Shown here: one piece after another, positions 20,536-26,942 of the stretch
How the letters are laid out: each line of letters begins with the position of its first letter
How positions within the stretch are numbered: position 1 is the first letter of the stretch
Origin: Rhodobacter capsulatus SB 1003
GTDB taxonomy: Bacteria > Pseudomonadota > Alphaproteobacteria > Rhodobacterales > Rhodobacteraceae
NCBI RefSeq assembly: GCF_000021865.1
Contig: NC_014034.1
Span: 30,001-62,000, forward strand
Length of the DNA: 32,000 bases
Reading direction: 5' to 3'
Program-made: the position numbers and the translations under genes
Notes under the pieces: generated by a model
Seen by the model: the letters and a program-made list of their open reading frames with translations, nothing else
Database searches by the model: none
Told to the model about the DNA's origin: nothing

Positions 20536-21012
20536 TCAGTCCTGCCCCAAGGTCGCAAGACGCGCCCCCCAATCGGCCTTGCCGCGCAGCAGAACCCGCC
20601 GCGAGGCACCGGCGTCAAGCAGCGAAAACTGCAGGGACAGAGCCTTTTCGGGCAGAAGATCGCCCAGACGTTCGGGCCATTCGATCAGACAGATCGCGGT
20701 GTCGAAGGCCTCCTCCAGACCGAGTTCGACGGCTTCGTCGGGATGGGTCAGGCGGTAAAGATCGGCATGCCAGATTTCGGGATCGGCGCCATAGACCTGC
20801 ACCAGGGTAAAGGTCGGCGAGGGCACATCTTCGGGTCCCCCCAGACGGGCGCGGATCAGGGCGCGGGCGAAATGGGTCTTGCCCGCGCCGATCGGACCCT
20901 CGAGCAACAGCACATCCCCGGCCCGCAACAGCCGGGCCATCGCGATGCCGAAACGGTCGGTGGCATCGGCGTCAGGCAGATTCAGGGACAGAAGAACGGG
21001 GGCATCTTGCAT
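20536..21012 (-). CDS. tsaE: tRNA t6A37 biosynthesis ATPase TsaE
   Basis: 158 aa with P-loop LEGPIGAGKTHFARALI and the TsaE-type ...SPTFTLVQVY...HADLYRL motif. Confidence 0.85.
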   Translation of the reverse strand: MQDAPVLLSLNLPDADATDRFGIAMARLLRAGDVLLLEGPIGAGKTHFARALIRARLGGPEDVPSPTFTLVQVYGADPEIWHADLYRLTHPDEAVELGLEEAFDTAICLIEWPERLGDLLPEKALSLQFSLLDAGASRRVLLRGKADWGARLATLGQD

Positions 21013-21051
21013 GGCCGCACTCTAGCGGCCCTGCCCCCCGCGGCAAGCCCC

Positions 21052-22659
21052 TTAACTGGCCAGAACCTTCACCGCCCGGTCCTCGTCGAAGATCGCCCGG
21101 CTGGGCGGGTCCAGGGTCACGACGCCTTTCGGCAGAAAGCTGGCCATCATCGCCCCGCCGGTCATCGGCGCAAAGCGGCAGCCGATCATCATCCCGTCTT
21201 CGCGACGCCGCACCGTCCCCTCGATCAGCGAACGCTGGCCGAGACGGTTGTTGAACCCCCGCGCCAAGGACCAGAGATCGGAGCCGTCGCATTTGCCCTG
21301 CCACAGCCGGACCGCATCCAGAATGGTGGTGCGACGCAGCGAAGTATCGGTTTCCACGCCCCAAAGCCGGTCATAGGCGGCATTCGAGGCCGTCAGCTCG
21401 CCCGAGGGCTGGAACACCGCCACCGCCTCGCTCATCATGTCGAGGATTTCCTGGCCCTGTTCCAGTTCCGCCCGGAACCGGCGGGTCAGCGACACTTCGG
21501 ACGAGATGTCCTCGAACAGGAAGGCCACGGCGCCATCGGGATGCGGACGGCCGGTGACGCGGTAGGTCTGACCCGAGGGCAGCATCCAGGTTTCCGAATG
21601 GAAGCCCGCGGCGGCGGCCTGTTCCAGTTCCGTCATCTTCAGCCGCCAGCTGCGATAATCCTTCGGCTCGGGCATCATCCGCGCCTCGCGCAGACGGTCG
21701 AGAAAGGCATAAAGCGTCGGCCGGTTCGACAGGAAATCGGTGCCAAGCTGGGTCAGATCGATCAGCGCCGGGTTGAACAGCTGCAGCTGCCGGGCGCGGT
21801 CGAAGATCGCCAGACCGATCGGCAGATCGGCAAAGGTCTTGGTCAGGGTCTGCACGAAATCGCGCAGCGCCTTTTCCGCCCGCACCGTCGAATCGGCCGG
21901 CAGGGCGAAATGCAGCGCGCCCTTGTCCATCGGGAAGGAATGGCAATCGAACCAGGCCGCCCGCTGATCGCCGTCATCCAGACGCAGCCGCCGCGGTCCG
22001 GTGTGCCGGGCGTTCTCATCCATCTGGAACAGCCGCGGCAAGGGCCAGAGCATCGCCTCTTCGGTTTCGGCAAAGGCGCCCGAGCGCAGCACATAGGCGC
22101 GGTTCGCCCAGGTGATCGTGCCGGTCTCGTCCTCGCGCCAGATCAGCGTCGGCGCCCGGTCCAGCGTCAGCCGCATCAGATCCAGTTCATCTTCCAGCGC
22201 GCGTTGCGACAACCCGTCGACCAGAACGCCGCGGCCCTCGGCCTCGGGATCGATGAGGGTGATGCGCGCCAGGCCGTTCACCTCTTCGGCGATCAGCTTG
22301 ATCTGCGTGCGACGACCCTCTTCGGGTTTCGACACCATCTCGATCCGGCCGCGTTCGGCCAGGGTCAGCATCGCGGCCGCGAAACCGTCGAACCGCGGCG
22401 CGACAAAGGCAAGGAGCCGCGCCCAATCCGAGAGAGCCATCGGCGAGGATTCCAGCAGCGCCCGCGCCGGGCCGGTCGCATCGATCAGATCCTGATCGTC
22501 GAACAGGAACACCGTCTGTTCCAGCACCGGATGCGTGGCCACCCTTGCATCCGGACCGGTCTTGCGCACCGAGACCATGCTCAGCAGCAGCAGCGCCAGA
22601 AGCGCCGATCCGACCGAGGTCGCGACAATCAGGATCGCCTGGAATATCTCAATCTGCAT
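21052..22659 (-). CDS. Membrane-anchored multi-PAS protein without recognisable output domain
   Basis: 535 aa. One N-terminal TM helix (IFQAILIVATSVGSALLALLLLSMV) is followed by three PAS-like modules. They are recognisable from LDRAPTLIWREDETGTITWANRAY..., FADLPIGLAIFDRARQLQLFNPALIDL... and ILDMMSEAVAVFQPSGELTASNAAYDRLWG... I see no H-box, no N/G1/G2 ATPase boxes and no GGDEF/EAL/HTH. ATG is at 22659 with a GAGAGGG SD about 9 nt upstream. Confidence 0.8.
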   Translation of the reverse strand: MQIEIFQAILIVATSVGSALLALLLLSMVSVRKTGPDARVATHPVLEQTVFLFDDQDLIDATGPARALLESSPMALSDWARLLAFVAPRFDGFAAAMLTLAERGRIEMVSKPEEGRRTQIKLIAEEVNGLARITLIDPEAEGRGVLVDGLSQRALEDELDLMRLTLDRAPTLIWREDETGTITWANRAYVLRSGAFAETEEAMLWPLPRLFQMDENARHTGPRRLRLDDGDQRAAWFDCHSFPMDKGALHFALPADSTVRAEKALRDFVQTLTKTFADLPIGLAIFDRARQLQLFNPALIDLTQLGTDFLSNRPTLYAFLDRLREARMMPEPKDYRSWRLKMTELEQAAAAGFHSETWMLPSGQTYRVTGRPHPDGAVAFLFEDISSEVSLTRRFRAELEQGQEILDMMSEAVAVFQPSGELTASNAAYDRLWGVETDTSLRRTTILDAVRLWQGKCDGSDLWSLARGFNNRLGQRSLIEGTVRRREDGMMIGCRFAPMTGGAMMASFLPKGVVTLDPPSRAIFDEDRAVKVLAS

Positions 22660-22716
22660 GACTGCAGCCCTCTCGCCTGTCCCGCAGTCATGATTGATGA
22701 ATAAAGGTTAATGTGC

Positions 22717-22729
22717 CGTTAAGTTAACG
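22717..22729. promoter_or_regulatory. 6-1-6 palindrome CGTTAAGTTAACG in the AT-rich regB/PAS-gene spacer
   Basis: Seen directly: CGTTAA-G-TTAACG. It lies in an unusually AT-rich stretch (22690-22743) between the regB stop and the PAS gene start. It is a candidate operator; function unknown. Confidence 0.35.
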
Positions 22730-22743
22730 AACGATTGTGATCA

Positions 22744-24138
22744 TCAGGCGGTGATCGGAACATTCTCGCCCAGCGGCCCGGTTTCGGGGGCGATCAGACG
22801 GCCGATGTGCCAGCGCAGCTCGACCACCGCGCCCGAGCGCCGCGGCACCGGCGCATTCTTCTGATAGGGCTCGGATCCATTGGCGAATCGCAGTTTCGCC
22901 CCGGTGCGTTCCAGAAGCGTCTTGGCGATGAAGAGGCCCAGCCCCATGCCCTCGTATTCCTTGCGCTCGGCCGAGCGGGTCGAGATGAAGGGATCGCCGA
23001 TGCGGTTGAGAACATTGGGCGAATAGCCGCGGCCATCGTCGGTGACGCGCACGATGATGCTGCGGTCGGTCCATTCCGCATCGACCCAGACCGTGGTCTG
23101 CGCGAAATCGACCGCGTTCTGGATCAGGTTGCGCAGCGCATGCACCAGCTCGGGGTAGCGATAGATCGTCGGCTGCCGTTCCGAGCCGCCCTCGCCCGGG
23201 ACAACGTCGAAATAGATCATCTTGCCGCGGTCCAGATGCGGCTCGGCGGCCTCGCGCAGCACGGCCAGCAGCGGCGCCGTGCGCAGATGCACGTCATCCT
23301 TGCCCGCCCGCCCCATCGACCGCAGGATGTCGCGGCAGCGTTCGGCCTGTTCACGGATCAGCACCGCATCGTCGTGCAATTCGGGATCGTCGACCAGCTC
23401 TTCGGCCAGTTCGGTCGAGACCAGCTTGATCGTCGCAAGCGGCGTGCCCAGCTCATGCGCGGCGGCCGCCACCACCCCGCCCAGATCGGTCAGTTTCTGC
23501 TCGCGCGAGAGCGCCATCTGCGTCGCGAAAAGCGCATCCGACATCGAATGGATCTCTTGCGCGATGCGGTGGGCATAGGCGCCCAGGAAGATCACCCCGA
23601 TCACGATCGCCACCCAGGAGCCGAATTCGATCATCGGCGGCACGCCGATATGCGCCCCGTCGCGGGTCTGCAGCGGCTCGTTGAACACGGCGACAAAGGT
23701 GATCATCGCAATCGTCGCGCCCCCCAGCAGCAGCGTCGGCCGCAGCTTCAGCGCCGTCGCGGCGATCGTCACTGGCACCAGGATCAAAAGCGCGAAGGGG
23801 TTGTTCAGCCCGCCCGTCAGCGACAGCAACAGCGCCAGCTGCGCGGTGTCAAAAAGCAGCGTCGCCGTCACCTCGGCCTGCGACAGCCGCCGGGATTCGG
23901 GATAAAGATAGATCGCCGCAATGTTGGCGGCGACCGCAAAGCCGATGGTTCCGATGCACATCGGCAGGTTCAGCGCGATGTCGTAATAGCCGTAAGCGGC
24001 AATCAGCGCCGCCAGCTGACCGACGACCGCGGCCCATCGCAACAGGATCAATGTCCGCAGCCGGACCCATTCCTGATGGCTCAAACTTGCCGACATGTCG
24101 AATTCCGGCCGGTCGACAGCCCTCATCATATCTGCCAT
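22744..24138 (-). CDS. regB: Redox-responding sensor histidine kinase RegB (PrrB)
   Basis: The N-terminal half has multiple TM helices and the conserved quinone-site heptapeptide GGLNNPF. Kinase boxes are the H-box AAAHELGTPLATI, the redox-active Cys context EQAERCRDIL, the N-box LRNLIQNAVDF, G1 VTDDGRGY and G2 GMGLGLFIA. I prefer ATG 24138, which has a GGGAGGGA SD about 7 nt upstream. ATGs at 24129 and 24126 are alternatives. The TTG at 24198 in the track is unlikely. Confidence 0.93.
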   Translation of the reverse strand: MADMMRAVDRPEFDMSASLSHQEWVRLRTLILLRWAAVVGQLAALIAAYGYYDIALNLPMCIGTIGFAVAANIAAIYLYPESRRLSQAEVTATLLFDTAQLALLLSLTGGLNNPFALLILVPVTIAATALKLRPTLLLGGATIAMITFVAVFNEPLQTRDGAHIGVPPMIEFGSWVAIVIGVIFLGAYAHRIAQEIHSMSDALFATQMALSREQKLTDLGGVVAAAAHELGTPLATIKLVSTELAEELVDDPELHDDAVLIREQAERCRDILRSMGRAGKDDVHLRTAPLLAVLREAAEPHLDRGKMIYFDVVPGEGGSERQPTIYRYPELVHALRNLIQNAVDFAQTTVWVDAEWTDRSIIVRVTDDGRGYSPNVLNRIGDPFISTRSAERKEYEGMGLGLFIAKTLLERTGAKLRFANGSEPYQKNAPVPRRSGAVVELRWHIGRLIAPETGPLGENVPITA

Positions 24139-24185
24139 CGTCGTCCCTCCCGCCTCACCCTTACCGCAACCCCTTGATATTCCCG

Positions 24186-24198
24186 TTGCGCTGCGCAA
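24186..24198. promoter_or_regulatory. 6-1-6 palindrome TTGCGCTGCGCAA in the regB/senC divergent control region
   Basis: Seen directly: TTGCGC-T-GCGCAA. It sits about 29 nt upstream of the senC ATG, between a TTGATA hexamer (24174-24179) and the senC SD. The GCGC-rich dyad is reminiscent of RegA/PrrA half-sites, but the spacing differs from the consensus I remember. Confidence 0.4.
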
Positions 24199-24226
24199 TC
24201 AATCTCCAGCACGTGAAGGAGAGGCG

Positions 24227-24892
24227 ATGAACGTTTCGAGCAAGACCGCCGCGCTGGCTGCCACGGCAGCCGTCGTCGTCGTGGTGGGCATCTCTGCCGC
24301 CGTCACCCTCGTCCCCCATGAGACGGATCGCTTTGCCGCCTGCCGCAAGGGCACTGGCAGCGCCTCGGCGCAGATCGGCGGTCCATTCACGCTGATCTCG
24401 GAAACCGGCGCAACCGTGACCGACAGGGACGTGATCACCAAACCGAGCCTTGTCTACTTCGGTTACAGCTATTGCCCCGACGTCTGCCCGATCGACAGCA
24501 CCCGCAATGCCGCCGCGGTCGATCTGCTGGCCGAGCGCGGCCATGACGTGACGCCGGTGTTCATTTCCGTCGATGCCGCGCGGGATACGCCGCCGGTGCT
24601 GACGGAATTCACCGATCTGATGAGCCCGAAGATGATCGGCCTGACCGGCACGCCGGAGCAGATCGATGCGGCGGTCAAGGCCTATCGGGCCTATTACCTG
24701 ATCCGCAATCCCGGCGATCCGGCGACACTGGTCGATCATTCGACCCAGACCTATCTGATGGATCCGAAGCTTGGCTTTCTCGATTTCTATGATCGCGACG
24801 CCACACCGGAAATGGTGGCCGACAGTGTCGGATGCTTCCTGGACGCGCTGCAGACCCCCGGGGATACCCCCGCGGCGGGCAACGGAAATTGA
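24227..24892 (+). CDS. senC: Sco1-family copper chaperone SenC (PrrC)
   Basis: ATG 24227 is preceded by GAAGGAGAGG. The gene encodes 221 aa with an N-terminal membrane anchor (AALAATAAVVVVVGISAAV), the Sco CxxxC motif YSYCPDVCP and the conserved His context LVDHST. It is divergent from regB and upstream of regA, as in the published reg locus. Confidence 0.92.
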   Translation: MNVSSKTAALAATAAVVVVVGISAAVTLVPHETDRFAACRKGTGSASAQIGGPFTLISETGATVTDRDVITKPSLVYFGYSYCPDVCPIDSTRNAAAVDLLAERGHDVTPVFISVDAARDTPPVLTEFTDLMSPKMIGLTGTPEQIDAAVKAYRAYYLIRNPGDPATLVDHSTQTYLMDPKLGFLDFYDRDATPEMVADSVGCFLDALQTPGDTPAAGNGN

Positions 24893-24944
24893 CCAGCGCA
24901 AAATATAGATTTAGAACCGAAAAAGAGGGTGAAAGGGGGGAGCC

Positions 24945-25499
24945 ATGGCCGAAGAAGAATTCGCCGAACTCGGAAGCGACAGGTCGCTGCTTCTGGTCGA
25001 TGACGATAATGCGTTCCTGACCCGCCTTGCGCGCGCGATGGAAAAGCGCGGGTTTCAGACGGAAATCGCCGAAACGGTCTCGGCCGGCAAGGCGATCGTG
25101 CAGAACCGGGCACCGGCCTATGCGGTGATCGACTTGCGTCTGGAAGACGGCAACGGGCTCGAAGTGGTGGAAGCGCTGCGCGAACGCCGCCCCGAGGCGC
25201 GGATCGTCGTTCTGACCGGCTATGGCGCCATTGCCACCGCGGTTGCGGCGGTGAAAATGGGCGCGACGGATTATCTGTCGAAACCGGCCGATGCGAATGA
25301 CATCACCAATGCGCTTCTGGCCAAGGGCGAAGCCCTGCCGCCGCCGCCGGAAAATCCGATGAGCGCCGACCGCGTGCGCTGGGAACATATCCAGCGGGTT
25401 TACGAGCTGTGTGACCGAAATGTGTCGGAAACTGCCCGCAGGCTGAATATGCACCGTCGCACCTTGCAGCGGATTTTGGCCAAACGCAGCCCGCGATAA
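24945..25499 (+). CDS. regA: Global redox response regulator RegA (PrrA)
   Basis: 184 aa. The receiver domain has the phospho-acceptor context YAVIDLRLEDGNG, followed by the PPPPENPMS linker. The invariant Fis-type HTH is NVSETARRLNMHRRTLQRILAKRSPR. The sequence matches my memory of R. capsulatus RegA. Confidence 0.97.
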   Translation: MAEEEFAELGSDRSLLLVDDDNAFLTRLARAMEKRGFQTEIAETVSAGKAIVQNRAPAYAVIDLRLEDGNGLEVVEALRERRPEARIVVLTGYGAIATAVAAVKMGATDYLSKPADANDITNALLAKGEALPPPPENPMSADRVRWEHIQRVYELCDRNVSETARRLNMHRRTLQRILAKRSPR

Positions 25500-25531
25500 A
25501 CAAATATATCTTGATTGCGCGAACATAATAT

Positions 25532-25576
25532 TCGATATCCATGAAACCACTCACTGGAGGTTTTCATGGATATCGA
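25532..25576 (+). promoter_or_regulatory. Perfect 15-bp inverted repeat (stem-loop) spanning the hvrA ribosome binding site and start codon
   Basis: TCGATATCCATGAAA (25532-25546) is the exact reverse complement of TTTCATGGATATCGA (25562-25576). The 15-nt loop CCACTCACTGGAGGT carries the GGAGG SD. The right arm contains ATG 25566-25568. All 15 pairs were checked individually. Confidence 0.7.
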
Positions 25577-25874
25577 CGCGCTTTCACTGAACGAACTCAA
25601 GGCGCTGCGGTCCAAGGTCGACCGCGCAATCGTCACCTACGAAGAGCGCAAGAAAAAGGAAGCCTTTGCCGAACTCGACGAGATCGCGCGCAAGATGGGC
25701 TATCCGCTGGCTGAAATCCTGACCATGGTCGAGACGAAACCGCGCAAGACCGTCGCGGCGAAATATGCGAACCCGGCCAATCCCTCCGAAACCTGGACCG
25801 GCCGCGGCCGCAAGCCGAAATGGGTCGAAGCCGCGCTGGCTTCGGGCAAGTCCCTGGAAGATCTGACGATCTGA
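25566..25874 (+). CDS. hvrA: H-NS-like nucleoid-associated regulator HvrA
   Basis: 102 aa. It has an N-terminal coiled-coil (LSLNELKALRSKVDRAIVTYEERKKKEAFAELDEIA) and a C-terminal H-NS DNA-binding motif (TWTGRGRKPKW). Its position downstream of regA matches the R. capsulatus locus. Confidence 0.9.
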   Translation: MDIDALSLNELKALRSKVDRAIVTYEERKKKEAFAELDEIARKMGYPLAEILTMVETKPRKTVAAKYANPANPSETWTGRGRKPKWVEAALASGKSLEDLTI

Positions 25875-26753
25875 TCAGGCTTCGGCCTTCAACCAGTCGA
25901 TGAATATCTTGGCCGCCGGGTTCAGCCGACCCGGCGGCCTGACAATATAATAGCCCAGGCTTTCCTCGGTCAGCTCGTGGATTTTCACCAGCCAGCCGAG
26001 TTTCAGATCCTCGACGATCAGCGCCTCGGTTTCCAGATGCAGGCCGATGCCTTCACGTGCCGCGGCCAGCGCCAATTCCTCGTTCGGAAAATCGACGAAT
26101 TTCAGCGCTGCCGGAACCAGCCCCATCGATTCCAGCAATTGCATCTGCTCCGGCCAATCGCCTTCTCGCACCCATGGCAGCATCGCCATTTCCCGCAGCG
26201 ATAGTTTTTTTCGCCCGCCAAGCAATTCCGGCGCCGCCACCACAACCTGCGGGGCAGCGGTCAGAAACACCGAAATCACCCCGGGCCATTTTCCGACCCC
26301 GAAACGAATGCCGATATTCGCGCCGATTTCCTTCAGATCGACCAGCCGGGCATCGGGCAAAAGCGACAGCGGAATATCGGGGTGTTTCTTCCAGAACCGC
26401 GCCAGTCGCGGCATCAGCCATTCCGAGGCGAAAACCGGCGGCACCGTCACCGTCAGCGCCTTTTCGCTGGTGTCGGCGCGCAGCATGTCCGCCGCCGACT
26501 GGATCATCGAAAACCCGTCTGCCAGCGCCTTGGCAAAGCGTTCGCCCTCGGGCGTCAGGTGCAGATGCTTGCCGTCGCGCCACACGAGCGGCACGTCCAG
26601 ATCGGCCTCCAGCGCGCGGACTTGTTGCGCTATGGCAGCGTGGGTGACATTCAGCTTGCGGGCCGCCGCGCTGAACCCCCCCTCGCTTGCCGTTGCGGCA
26701 AAGGCGCGCAGGGCTGTCAGCGGCGGCATCTTGCGCCAGTCGATTTCGCTCAT
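25875..26753 (-). CDS. hvrB: LysR-family regulator HvrB
   Basis: 292 aa. It has an N-terminal LysR wHTH (LTALRAFAATASEGGFSAAARKLNVTHAAIAQQVRALE) and a GcvA/AmpR-type effector domain. Its position between hvrA and orf5/ahcY matches the described hvrB. Its stop codon abuts the hvrA stop (TGATCA). Confidence 0.88.
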   Translation of the reverse strand: MSEIDWRKMPPLTALRAFAATASEGGFSAAARKLNVTHAAIAQQVRALEADLDVPLVWRDGKHLHLTPEGERFAKALADGFSMIQSAADMLRADTSEKALTVTVPPVFASEWLMPRLARFWKKHPDIPLSLLPDARLVDLKEIGANIGIRFGVGKWPGVISVFLTAAPQVVVAAPELLGGRKKLSLREMAMLPWVREGDWPEQMQLLESMGLVPAALKFVDFPNEELALAAAREGIGLHLETEALIVEDLKLGWLVKIHELTEESLGYYIVRPPGRLNPAAKIFIDWLKAEA

Positions 26754-26849
26754 CTGTTAGCCTGCCTATCATCTGTGGAAAAATTCCTGACTCGCCTTGC
26801 GGCCCGCGTCAAGGCATTCAGAAGGCACAGAGAGAAAAGGAGATCCGCG

Positions 26850-26942
26850 ATGTTCCGGATTCTTGGAGAAGTGATGGCCCTTGCCATGGGTGGCTATGCC
26901 CCCCGCGCCCGCAACGCTGGCGAATACAAGTTCAACCGCTGA
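26850..26942 (+). CDS. Candidate 30-aa small ORF divergent from hvrB (hypothetical)
   Basis: ATG 26850 is preceded by AAGGAGA (26837-26843) with a 6-nt spacer. It encodes [30 protein letters not shown] and stops at TGA 26940-26942. It is the only part of track ORF 26382-26942 that lies outside hvrB. I recognise no homology, and about 70 percent GC3 by hand count is only moderately coding-like for this genome. Confidence 0.3.
   Translation: MFRILGEVMALAMGGYAPRARNAGEYKFNR

Noticed and set aside
24095-24226. N-terminal extensions offered by the ORF track (senC from 24095, regB from TTG 24198, ahcY from 27609, hslV from 12146, addA from 15987, addB from 18962, amgK-like from 20618, secreted protein from 30218, Tim44-like from GTG 7791, DUF2853-like from 29113)
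   Set aside because: In each case an internal ATG has a proper SD, gives a start/stop junction with the upstream gene, or produces the expected N-terminus (signal peptide, P-loop spacing, known protein length). The extensions would run through promoters, terminators or neighbouring genes.
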